The position numbers and the translations under genes are program-made. From the NCBI GenBank assembly GCA_013368795.1, contig JABFXX010000065.1, positions 2,566 through 66,565 of the forward strand: a DNA stretch of 64,000 bases, given 5' to 3'. Shown here in pieces: positions 8,375 through 16,654 of the stretch. Numbering within the stretch: the stretch's first letter is position 1; each line of letters opens with the position of its first letter. The notes below the pieces were generated by a model. It saw only the letters and a program-made list of their open reading frames with translations, was not told the DNA's origin and did not search any database. The stretch comes from Kofleriaceae bacterium (GTDB taxonomy: Bacteria > Myxococcota_A > Polyangia > Haliangiales > Haliangiaceae).

Positions 8375-10129
8375 CTACTCGTCCTCGATCTCGAACTGAC
8401 CACTCAGCATCAGCGACGACAGTAGCGGCGTGAGCTGGCTGCCGCCGACCGACATGCTGATGATCAGATCCGTGCCGTCGGCCATGACGTCGAGCTGATC
8501 GAAGTAGCGGAGGACCAGCTTTGCGAGCTCGTCCTCGCCCATCTTCTTCTGGATCTCGGCGACGAGCTTCGCGACCGCCTCGGGTGAGCCGAGCCGAACA
8601 CCGGCATCGAGCGCGAGCGAATCGGTCACGTTCAGCGACATGTACATCGTGCCGAGCTTGGTCGAAACATGCTCGGCGTTGACGGCTGTGACGATCTGCG
8701 ACGTATCGGCGATCATGACCCACAGAGAATCGTCCGTGTTGACGACCTGTAGCGCCTCGGAAAACTTGGTCGAGTTCTGTACGCCACCGTTACCGGCGGC
8801 GATGCGCTCGACATTTTCCTTCGTCGCGGCATCCGGACCCATGACGACGAGTGCGGTCGTGTTGTCGATGAACGTGAACGCGACGAGATCAGCGTGGCCC
8901 TTGCCTCCGATCAAGACGACGTCTCCGTCGACCGTCACCTTTGCGCCTTCCTTCTCGACCGCGGCGATGCCTTTGCTGTCGAAGCAGGACCTCGCCTTTG
9001 CGCGATCGAACCCGTGCATGATGACCACCGCACTCTGGTCGTCGCCGCCGAGCGACTTCACGCCGAGCGAGACCGAACCCAGCGACTCGACCGGATTGAA
9101 GCCGCACAGGGTCTCGAACTCGCGAAAGCCATCCGCGTGGACAAGCGTTGGCGCGACGTAGGTCCGCCAGATCTGGCTCTGCCGTAGCTGCGCGAAGTTG
9201 AGGCCGATCACCGCGTCCGAGTCGGCGGGCAAAAGCGCGAGGTCTGCCTCGGCGACCGAGCGCGAGGCGATCGCGCGCGGCGCAGCCGACGGCCCGAGCG
9301 TGGGCGCGTGAGCGAGACCGAGCTTGCCGCTACCGTAGCTGAGCTTCGGCGGTACGGTCGGCGGCGAAACGGCCGCGGTGCTCGTCGTCGAGCTCTTCGA
9401 GTGCGTGTGAACGAGATAGGCGGTGGTGCCGACGGCAACGACGGCCGATGCGGCGACTGCGAACTTGAGCATGGTCGATCCTTTCGTGGGAGAGGCATCG
9501 ACACGGGAAGGCAACGTGATCGCGGCAATCGACGCGAGGACCGCGGCAACGAGATCGCGCCGTCGACGCTCGCCTCGCAGCGAACGCTCGACGACATCGG
9601 TCACGCTCTCGGCGAGATGCCGACGTCCTCGCGACAACCGCTGCATCGCATTCTCCTCGCTGACGCCGAGCGTCTCGGCAATCGCGCGGACGGATAGATC
9701 CTCACGGTAGTAGAGGATCAATGCTTCGCGATACGCAGCGGGGATTCGCTCCAGTGCCTCGCGCACGACCCGCTCGACATCGCCACGCGCAGCGACATCG
9801 AACGGGCTCGCGCCCGAACCGGGTTGCTCGTCGGCATCGACGAGTGGCTCGCGACGTCTACGCTTGCGCGCGGTACGTGCGAGGTTGCGCGCGATGCCGC
9901 AGAGCCACGGCCGTATGCGCGCACTGTTGCGAAGCCGATCGAGCTGGCGCCACGCGGCGATGAAGGTCTCTTGCGCGACGTCCTCGCTGAGCACCTGATC
10001 ACCGGTGGAGCTGTACGAGACCGCGCAGACGACATCCTGATAGCGAGCGACGAGGTCTCCAAACGCCTCGTGCTCACCACGCAGGCTGGCTTCGACCAGC
10101 TCGGTGTCGCTTCTCGCGATTGCTCCCAT
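8375..10129 (-). CDS. ECF sigma-70 factor fused to a transmembrane segment and a ~330-aa C-terminal extracytoplasmic domain
   Basis: Sigma region 2 'DVAQETFIAAWRQL', region 4 'REALILYYREDLSVRAIAETLGVSEENAMQRLSRGRRHL', then TM 'MLKFAVAASAVVAVGTTAYLV'. ATG 10129 preferred over GTG 10168. Confidence 0.8.
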   Translation of the reverse strand: MGAIARSDTELVEASLRGEHEAFGDLVARYQDVVCAVSYSSTGDQVLSEDVAQETFIAAWRQLDRLRNSARIRPWLCGIARNLARTARKRRRREPLVDADEQPGSGASPFDVAARGDVERVVREALERIPAAYREALILYYREDLSVRAIAETLGVSEENAMQRLSRGRRHLAESVTDVVERSLRGERRRRDLVAAVLASIAAITLPSRVDASPTKGSTMLKFAVAASAVVAVGTTAYLVHTHSKSSTTSTAAVSPPTVPPKLSYGSGKLGLAHAPTLGPSAAPRAIASRSVAEADLALLPADSDAVIGLNFAQLRQSQIWRTYVAPTLVHADGFREFETLCGFNPVESLGSVSLGVKSLGGDDQSAVVIMHGFDRAKARSCFDSKGIAAVEKEGAKVTVDGDVVLIGGKGHADLVAFTFIDNTTALVVMGPDAATKENVERIAAGNGGVQNSTKFSEALQVVNTDDSLWVMIADTSQIVTAVNAEHVSTKLGTMYMSLNVTDSLALDAGVRLGSPEAVAKLVAEIQKKMGEDELAKLVLRYFDQLDVMADGTDLIISMSVGGSQLTPLLSSLMLSGQFEIEDE

Positions 10130-10165
10130 GTCGCGCCTATGTCGTTCCTCGGCTGGAAAACCTGA

Positions 10166-10192
10166 CACGAAATCTTATGCCGAGATTTCGTG
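10166..10192. promoter_or_regulatory. Perfect inverted repeat CACGAAATC-N9-GATTTCGTG in a divergent intergenic region
   Basis: 9-bp arms at 10166-10174 and 10184-10192. AT-richer than its surroundings. Lies between the sigma-fusion gene and the lipoprotein gene. Confidence 0.5.
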
Positions 10193-10202
10193 AGCTTAGC
10201 GG

Positions 10203-10691
10203 GTGTACTGTCGTCGCCCGGTGAGATCGCTCGCAATCGCGACGCTGGTTGGCTGTACCCGAGCTGGCACACCAGGGCTCGAACAGCAGACGTCGAAGCC
10301 GACCGACGGGCGCTGCGGCCTGATCGAAGCGGCCGTGCGTAGTCCGGAGATCGCCAAGCTCGCGTGCGGCGAAGCCGCGACCCAGGATGGGCGTCTGATC
10401 GTCGACGTGGCGATCGAGCCACCACTCAGCTCGGACTGCAGCAGTCCCCGATTCGCGTTGTATCGAGACGCTCGGCCGACGAATACGGATGCGCTCTTGC
10501 AGCTGGCGTTCTCGGTGCAGGGCCCCGATACCTGGGCAGTCGGCGCGTCGGTCGTGGACCCACCGAATTCGCCGGACGACACGGCCGCCGGCAATGGCTT
10601 CGACGACACGACGTACTACTGTCATGTCGTTGGCGTGCGCGTGTCGCGTACCGAGAACGGCTGGCGCGCCTGGCGCGATCCGGCGTGGTGA
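10203..10691 (+). CDS. Putative lipoprotein, unknown function
   Basis: 162-aa ORF, GTG start. 'SLAIATLVGCTRAG' lipobox. Confidence 0.5.
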   Translation: MYCRRPVRSLAIATLVGCTRAGTPGLEQQTSKPTDGRCGLIEAAVRSPEIAKLACGEAATQDGRLIVDVAIEPPLSSDCSSPRFALYRDARPTNTDALLQLAFSVQGPDTWAVGASVVDPPNSPDDTAAGNGFDDTTYYCHVVGVRVSRTENGWRAWRDPAW

Positions 10692-10693
10692 GG

Positions 10694-11974
10694 CTACTGC
10701 ACGAGACGGTGCGCGCCATCACGCAGCGTCAGGCCCCAGGCGGCCTCGATCGCGGCGAGCCGATCCGCGAGACGCTGCTCGGCGACACCCGCGGTCACCA
10801 TGACATTGTCTCCGGCGTCGACCGTCGCGTCCGCATCGAAGTCGAAGCTGTGCGCGAGATTGCCGTGGACGTAGTTGCCGGCCGCCATCCCGAGCTTCTG
10901 GCCGAGCATCACCCACGGCTTCACGTTGCCGTTGGTCCAGCGGGTGAACGCGACGTTGTTGACGATGCGCGAGCCCTGCGCGTCGTAGAGCGACACGCCA
11001 TGATAGTGGTCGACGAACACCACGTTGTCCTCGACGACGAAGTTGACGAGCGGGCCATCGAAGAAGCCGACGCCTTGCATCTCGGCGGGGAATGCGGGCG
11101 TGCCCTCGTAGTTGACGATGATGTTCCCGCGCAGCGTCACGTCGCGCACCGTGCCCGTGCCGACGTTGAACAGGAAGCACTGGATCCCGTCGTCGTGGTT
11201 GTCATCTCCGTCGGCATCCGAGACGTGGACGTTCTTGATCACGTTGTCGTTCACGACGCCGCCATCGCGGGTCACGCGAATGCCGTCCGCCGAGAAGTCG
11301 TTGACGAGGTTGCCTTCGACGGTCGAGTTGTACGACGTGATCGCGATGCCGAACCGCACGTTGAACACGTGAGTCCGACGCACGGCGAGCCCGGTGCCGT
11401 TGCGGCCGAGCAGGATGCCGCTGTGCGCGTTCATCCAGTCGACGGCGGTCCAGGCAGTCGTGTCGGCCGCGGAGAACACGACGCTGTCCTCGAGCACGAG
11501 GTCCGTCGACGTCCCCGACTCTCCGAGCGCGACGATGTCACCGGTGTAGGCCGTCGACGAGTACGCGGGACTGATCGTCAGGCCGCGCAGGTGCCAACCG
11601 CTTCCCTTGCGGAGTTCGAGCCGGCCCAGATGTGGACTCGCGCCCGGTGCTGCGCGGATCGTCACCGCGGTCGCGTGGTCGCCCTCGAACCTCGCATTGC
11701 CGTGCTCGCCGTCGCGCAGGACGAGCGTCTTGCCGTCGGGGACGGTCGCGAGCAAACCCGCCGCGATCGAATCGGCGAGACCCGGCCACGGCGCGTCGGC
11801 GGTCCCGGGCGCACTCGCTTGACCACTCACCGGATCGAGATAGATCGCGTCGTCGGGAATCGGGTCCGGATCCGCATCGACACCCGCGTCACCGACGGGA
11901 TCGTCGTCACCGCCCTTCGCTCCGCCCGAGCACGCCACAAGAGCTACCGCGAGGAACGCCTGGACGCCGCGCAT
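10694..11974 (-). CDS. Right-handed parallel beta-helix repeat lipoprotein (polysaccharide lyase/epimerase-like)
   Basis: Start 'MRGVQAFLAVALVACSGG' inside ORF 10694..12232. Repeated 'N.V..N.I......DGI' PbH1-like turns. Confidence 0.7.
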   Translation of the reverse strand: MRGVQAFLAVALVACSGGAKGGDDDPVGDAGVDADPDPIPDDAIYLDPVSGQASAPGTADAPWPGLADSIAAGLLATVPDGKTLVLRDGEHGNARFEGDHATAVTIRAAPGASPHLGRLELRKGSGWHLRGLTISPAYSSTAYTGDIVALGESGTSTDLVLEDSVVFSAADTTAWTAVDWMNAHSGILLGRNGTGLAVRRTHVFNVRFGIAITSYNSTVEGNLVNDFSADGIRVTRDGGVVNDNVIKNVHVSDADGDDNHDDGIQCFLFNVGTGTVRDVTLRGNIIVNYEGTPAFPAEMQGVGFFDGPLVNFVVEDNVVFVDHYHGVSLYDAQGSRIVNNVAFTRWTNGNVKPWVMLGQKLGMAAGNYVHGNLAHSFDFDADATVDAGDNVMVTAGVAEQRLADRLAAIEAAWGLTLRDGAHRLVQ

Positions 11975-12028
11975 GCAGCGAGCGTATCGCAGTCCCTGCG
12001 CTGCATGCGGCCGGAGTCGCGCCGGCAA

Positions 12029-12076
12029 ACTGGTATGGTCAAGTCCTCGCGAACTGGACGTAGCGACCATACCAGT
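12029..12076. promoter_or_regulatory. 12-bp perfect inverted repeat ACTGGTATGGTC-N24-GACCATACCAGT in a divergent promoter region
   Basis: Arms at 12029-12040 and 12065-12076. Mixed base composition, so unlikely to be chance in this GC-rich DNA. Confidence 0.5.
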
Positions 12077-12087
12077 CCTGGCGCACC

Positions 12088-12759
12088 GTGCAGCCCATGC
12101 ACGAGGTCTCCTTCTCCCGAATCGCCACGATCGCGCTCGCCACCGCGGCCGCTGCATGCGCGACCTCTCACAGCGCCGAGCCGCCTCACGTCCAGCCGAC
12201 GAGCGCGGTCGCAGCGCCCGCCGTGTCTCCATCGGGATCGCCTCCCGGCTACACGCTCGCGGGCACCGGCGGCGTGCACGACTTCGACTTCCTCGAAGGC
12301 GGCTGGACCGCGCACCAGCGTCGCCTCAAAGTCCGCGGCGCAGCCAGCGCGGAGTGGGACGAGTTCTCGTCGCAGCTGTGCTCGACGCAGTATCTCGACG
12401 GCGTCACCAACGTTGACGAGGTCGTGTTCCCGACGAAGGGCTGGGCCGGCCTGACGGTGCGGGCGTTCGACATCGAGAAGCGGCAGTGGTCGGTCTACTG
12501 GATCAGCAGCAGGAGCGGGAAGATGTTCCCGCCGGTCGTCGGCGGCTTCACCGGCGATCGCGGCGAGTTCTACGGCGAGGACGAGGACGACGGCCGTCAC
12601 GTCAAGGTGCGCTACACGTGGACGAAGCTCGGTCCCGATCGCGCGCGCTGGGAGCAGGCGTTCTCCTATGACGACCGCACGTGGGAGATCAACTGGACCG
12701 CCGAGTTCAGCCGCGCCGCTCCGACGAGCTGCGTCCTCGGTCGCCCACAGTTGCGCTGA
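12088..12759 (+). CDS. Secreted DUF1579-like protein
   Basis: 223 aa. Signal peptide 'IATIALATAAAACATS'. 'DFDFLEGGWT...RWEQAFSYDDRTWEINW' pattern. Confidence 0.55.
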   Translation: MQPMHEVSFSRIATIALATAAAACATSHSAEPPHVQPTSAVAAPAVSPSGSPPGYTLAGTGGVHDFDFLEGGWTAHQRRLKVRGAASAEWDEFSSQLCSTQYLDGVTNVDEVVFPTKGWAGLTVRAFDIEKRQWSVYWISSRSGKMFPPVVGGFTGDRGEFYGEDEDDGRHVKVRYTWTKLGPDRARWEQAFSYDDRTWEINWTAEFSRAAPTSCVLGRPQLR

Positions 12760-12906
12760 AGAACCGACGTTCGAACGACACGCGACTGTCACGTTCCGGA
12801 GTGGCAAAGCGCGAGCGTCGCGTGATTCGCGTTCGCGCTCGCGACACTTGCGATCGCCATCGTGTTATCGAAATTGCGGCGAACGATCGCCAGAAACGGG
12901 GACACG

Positions 12907-13332
12907 ATGGGATTTTTCGACAAGCTCAAGAAGAAGGCTCTCAAGGTCGATGATCAGCAGCTCTTGCTCGAGGCGATGCTGTGCGTTGCGTTCGCCGATG
13001 GCGATGATCAGTACGAAGAGACCAACCTCGTGCGCGCGTTCGCGAACACGCTGCCCGAGCTGAAGAACGCCGACGCCTACGAGGTCTACGAGAAGGCCGA
13101 GAAGGCCGTGAAGCTCCACGGCGCCCTGTCCCGCGTGAAGGAGCTCGCGAACCTCAGCAGCGAGGCGCTCAAGCACAAGGCGTTCCTGCTCGCGATGGAC
13201 ATCGCGCTGTCGAGCGGCGAGATCGACGACGGCGAGGAAGCGGTGCTCGGCGCGATGGCCGAGACCATGCACATCCCCGAGGATCTGCAGCAGAAGATCG
13301 CCGAAGTTCTGATGCTCAAGTACACCACCTGA
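12907..13332 (+). CDS. TerB-family (tellurite-resistance-like) protein
   Basis: Start 'MGFFDKLKKK'. Two TerB-type 'A.ADG....E' helices ('CVAFADGDDQYEETNL', 'DIALSSGEIDDGEEAVL'). Confidence 0.7.
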   Translation: MGFFDKLKKKALKVDDQQLLLEAMLCVAFADGDDQYEETNLVRAFANTLPELKNADAYEVYEKAEKAVKLHGALSRVKELANLSSEALKHKAFLLAMDIALSSGEIDDGEEAVLGAMAETMHIPEDLQQKIAEVLMLKYTT

Positions 13333-13344
13333 GGAATCGCCCAG

Positions 13345-13713
13345 GTGCGAGATCCAAAGAATCCATTCGCCGACCGCGTCGAGCGAGGCGCCCCGCGCGG
13401 TAGCGGCAGCGCCGCTCTCGACGTGCTCGTCACGCCTGACCAGTACCTCATCGAGGTCGATCTGCCGGGCGTGATGATCGAGGACGTCGAGCTCACGATC
13501 GAGGACGGCGAGCTGACGATCCGCGCGGTCCGAAAACGTGCCGACCAGAACGCACCGAGGAAGGACTACGCATTCCTCGAGCGCAAGTTCGGTGAGGTCA
13601 CGCGCACGATCGCGCTGCCTGGAGTCTTCGGCGCCGTGCTCGCGAAGACGCTCGCGAACGGCGTGCTGACCATCGCGGTCGGCCGCCAGGGCACGCACGA
13701 ACAGCTGTCGTAG
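13345..13713 (+). CDS. Hsp20 / alpha-crystallin small heat-shock protein
   Basis: GTG start with 'gaggaa' RBS. 'YLIEVDLPGVMIEDVELTIEDGELTIRA...ERKFGEVTRTIALP...ANGVLTI'. Confidence 0.85.
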   Translation: MRDPKNPFADRVERGAPRGSGSAALDVLVTPDQYLIEVDLPGVMIEDVELTIEDGELTIRAVRKRADQNAPRKDYAFLERKFGEVTRTIALPGVFGAVLAKTLANGVLTIAVGRQGTHEQLS

Positions 13714-13734
13714 CCGACGGTCCGAATGAAAGCG

Positions 13735-13767
13735 CCGGCCCGCAGAAATGTGGGCCGGTTCTTTTTT
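13735..13767 (+). terminator. Rho-independent terminator after the TerB-Hsp20 pair
   Basis: Stem CCGGCCC (13735-13741) / GGGCCGG (13752-13758), 10-nt loop, then 'ttctttttt'. Confidence 0.8.
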
Positions 13768-13819
13768 GCCATCCTGCGATCTCCTTGACGCGCCCGGATC
13801 GGCCGTTCAGATTCGCGGC

Positions 13820-14434
13820 ATGTCGTGGCAGCTAGAACCTCGCGCGCTCGACGAGACAGCGTCCGTCCGGGTCGGTCGCCTGCCCGACGACATGATTCCC
13901 GACGCGGCGGGATTCGATCGCCTCTGGGGCATGCACCCCGAGACGTTTCATCTGATCAAGATGCACGGCAAGGAGGTCCGCACGCCGCGCTGGCAGCAGG
14001 CGTATGGCGCCGACTATCGGTACACCGGCAACACGAACCGCGCACTCGCGGTCCCGGCGGAGCTCGAGCCGCTTCACGCCTGGATCCGCGACCAGATCGA
14101 TCCGCGTCTCAACGGCCTTCTGCTCAACTGGTACGACGCCGAGCACGGCCACTACATCGGCAAGCATCGCGACAGCACGATCAACATGGTGAACGGCGCG
14201 CCGATCGTCACGATCTCGCTGGGCGCCGAACGCGTGTTCCGGATCCGCCGCTGGAAGGGCGACGCGACGATGCACGACATTCCGACGGGCAACGGCACGA
14301 TGATCGTGATGCCGTACGCGGTCAACCTCGCGTGGACCCACGAGGTGCCGCACAACGCGAAGGCCGCGGGCCGGCGCATCTCGATCACGGCCCGCGCGTT
14401 CGAGACCGAGCAGCTCGCCGCCGGCGGTCGGTAG
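13820..14434 (+). CDS. alkB: AlkB-like Fe(II)/2-oxoglutarate-dependent dioxygenase
   Basis: Start 'MSWQLEP'. 'GKHRDS' (HxD), 'WTHEVP' (distal His), 'RISITAR' (RxSxTxR). Confidence 0.75.
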   Translation: MSWQLEPRALDETASVRVGRLPDDMIPDAAGFDRLWGMHPETFHLIKMHGKEVRTPRWQQAYGADYRYTGNTNRALAVPAELEPLHAWIRDQIDPRLNGLLLNWYDAEHGHYIGKHRDSTINMVNGAPIVTISLGAERVFRIRRWKGDATMHDIPTGNGTMIVMPYAVNLAWTHEVPHNAKAAGRRISITARAFETEQLAAGGR

Positions 14435-14464
14435 ATCCTTCGCCGATCTGATGCGTTGCAGCAC

Positions 14465-15259
14465 ATGATGCGCGCCCTGATCGTCCTCCTCTTCCTCGCG
14501 ACGAGCCGGCTCGCTGCCGCGTATCCCTTGAACCTGCCCACCAAGCCGGCCGCCGAGCTTACCAAGGTCGAGGAGACGTTTCGCGCGCGCAATCCACAGC
14601 ACTGGACCGCGGTCGACCTCGACCGGCGCGGTTTCGTTCGTCGCGCCGTCACCGACGACGCCGACCTCGTCGCGATGGACGTCACGGTGATCCGCGATCT
14701 GCTCCGCACCAACGCAGATCTGTTCGGCATCGATGCCGCAGACGCCGACCGCGTCGGTAGCAACGGCTCGTCGAACATGCTCGTCTACGCCGACGAGGTC
14801 GGCATGGCCCACCTCGTCGAGATCGCCGTCACGCGGACCGGCGACACGCTCGAGATCGCCGTCAAGTTCCGCACGCGCATCACGCCGAAGGTCACGATGG
14901 ACGACGTGCTGGCGCGCGTCCTCGGCAAGGACTACGCGGTGATCGTGACCGAGCCTCCGCCCTCGCTGATCGATTGCGCGATGCAGCCGGGCGGACGGGC
15001 CAACTGCAAGCGGCGCGGCCCGGTGAGGCGGCCGGATCGGTTCACCGCAACCGTCGACAACGTTCGTGCGGAGACGAGCCTGTTCGCGCGCGGCAGCACC
15101 ATTCGCCTCGTGCATTGCATCGATGTCGAGCCAGACCCACGCGTCACCGCGCCGCACCCGATCGGGAACGCGCCCGCGCTGCCGCTCGTCGTCGATGCGG
15201 TGACCGGCGCGAAGGTGTCCGGGATCACGCGCTGCGACCGGATTCCGATTCCGCGCTGA
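14465..15259 (+). CDS. Secreted protein, unknown function
   Basis: ORF 14456..15259. ATG 14465 gives signal peptide 'MMRALIVLLFLATSRLAAA'. Confidence 0.55.
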   Translation: MMRALIVLLFLATSRLAAAYPLNLPTKPAAELTKVEETFRARNPQHWTAVDLDRRGFVRRAVTDDADLVAMDVTVIRDLLRTNADLFGIDAADADRVGSNGSSNMLVYADEVGMAHLVEIAVTRTGDTLEIAVKFRTRITPKVTMDDVLARVLGKDYAVIVTEPPPSLIDCAMQPGGRANCKRRGPVRRPDRFTATVDNVRAETSLFARGSTIRLVHCIDVEPDPRVTAPHPIGNAPALPLVVDAVTGAKVSGITRCDRIPIPR

Positions 15260-15375
15260 GCGGTACAGGTGCCGCGGCACCGCTGCGTCACAGCGCGATC
15301 GTCGTCGAGCAGGCGCCTCGGAAATGTCACGCGCGCACAGCTAACGATTCGCGAACTGCCGGCATCGTAGCGCGC

Positions 15376-15675
15376 ATGAAAGCAGTCGTTTTCGCCTTCA
15401 TCGTTTCGCTCTCCGCTTGCGCCACCACGTCGACGACGTCGCAGTCGAAGTCGCACCCGGTCAACGTTGCCGCCGTCCGCACCGAGATCAAGTCCGCGAT
15501 CGAGGCCGCGCCCGGCGATGCCGGCCCGCGCACGATCTACAGCATGGGCAAGGTCACGCAGGAGTCCGCCGTCGTCTACACCGAGGCTTCATCCGGCCGT
15601 CACGAGGAGATGTGGATGAAGGGCCCGCAGGGCTGGAAGCTGAACGAGTCGCACGCGGTCGCCGCCGCTCGCTGA
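15376..15675 (+). CDS. Small lipoprotein, unknown function
   Basis: 'MKAVVFAFIVSLSACATT' lipobox. Internal ATG of ORF 14974..15675. Confidence 0.55.
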   Translation: MKAVVFAFIVSLSACATTSTTSQSKSHPVNVAAVRTEIKSAIEAAPGDAGPRTIYSMGKVTQESAVVYTEASSGRHEEMWMKGPQGWKLNESHAVAAAR

Positions 15676-15712
15676 CTCGAACGCGGGTTGCCGAGCTATC
15701 ATCGGCGCGCCC

Positions 15713-16105
15713 GTGGATGACATCCTGCGCTTTCCAACCGCGGTCAGACACGAACCCGCGATCGACGAGTGGCTTCGCGCACAGCGCGCTGACCTCAGGC
15801 CGCTCGTCGAGACCTGGTTCGCGCGGATGCGGCGATGCGGCAGCGACGTGCGCGAGCTGATGCACGACGGATGTCCGACCGCGTGCGTTGGCGATGCGTC
15901 GTTCGCCTACGTCGCCGCGTACCGAGACCACGTCAATGTCGGCTTCTTCTTCGGCGCGCTTCTCGCCGATCCCGCTCGCTTGCTCGAGGGAACGGGCAAG
16001 CGAGGGCGGCACGTGAAGCTGCGGCCGGGTCGTGCGGTAGATGCCGAGGCTTTGGCGCGGCTCGTCGAGGCCGCTTACGTCGATATCAGGTCGCGGCTGG
16101 CGTGA
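15713..16105 (+). CDS. DUF1801 (YdhG-like) domain protein
   Basis: 130 aa, GTG start. 'DEWLRAQ...FAYVAAYRDHVNVGFFFGA...GRHVKL' layout typical of DUF1801. Confidence 0.6.
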   Translation: MDDILRFPTAVRHEPAIDEWLRAQRADLRPLVETWFARMRRCGSDVRELMHDGCPTACVGDASFAYVAAYRDHVNVGFFFGALLADPARLLEGTGKRGRHVKLRPGRAVDAEALARLVEAAYVDIRSRLA

Positions 16106-16171
16106 GATGTCGCTGACTCGTGCCGTGTCGATCCGGCTGGGTCTCGTTCGTCGTGTCGATAGGAGGTAGCC

Positions 16172-16654
16172 ATGACGATGACACCCGAACAGACCCTGAA
16201 ACTGCTCGGCCGGCTCGTAGGTAGCTGGACGACCGAGGCGACACATCCCGCGATGCCGGGTGTCGTCGTGCACGGCACCGCCGATATCGAATGGCTCGAA
16301 GGCGAGCGGTTCCTGATCAATCGCTCGCGTACCGATCATCCCGAATTCCCCGATTCGATCTCGATCATCGGATTCAGCGACAGCGATCGCGTCGATCCGG
16401 CATCGCGCCGCGTTCACACCGCCGGCCAGCTGACGATGAACTACTTCGACTCGCGCGGCGTCTCGCGCATCCTCGAGGCGAGCATCGACGAGACCGCGTG
16501 GCGGCTCTCCCGCATCGCGCCCGGGTTCTCGCAGCGGTTCACCGGCACGTTTGCGAACGGCGGCAACACGATCGAAGGGCTCTGGCAGCTCTGCGAGGAC
16601 GAAACGCACTGGAACGACGACGTGGCGATCACGTTCCGCCGTACGAAGACCTGA
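16172..16654 (+). CDS. DUF1579-like / lipocalin-like small protein
   Basis: Strong RBS 'aggagg' 8 nt upstream. 'LVGSWTTEA...LEGERFLI...' pattern. Confidence 0.55.
   Translation: MTMTPEQTLKLLGRLVGSWTTEATHPAMPGVVVHGTADIEWLEGERFLINRSRTDHPEFPDSISIIGFSDSDRVDPASRRVHTAGQLTMNYFDSRGVSRILEASIDETAWRLSRIAPGFSQRFTGTFANGGNTIEGLWQLCEDETHWNDDVAITFRRTKT

Noticed and set aside
12760-12906. Heat-shock promoter or CIRCE/ROSE element upstream of TerB-Hsp20
   Set aside because: I found no CIRCE inverted repeat and no convincing sigma-32 or sigma-70 hexamer pair at proper spacing. Only a GC-rich 7-bp dyad is present, which is weak evidence in this composition.
15268-15281. Short GC-only palindromes (ggtgccgcggcacc at 15268-15281; cgctcgcgcgagcg at 50083-50096) as terminators
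   Set aside because: No U-tracts follow them. Such GC palindromes are expected by chance in DNA of this composition.
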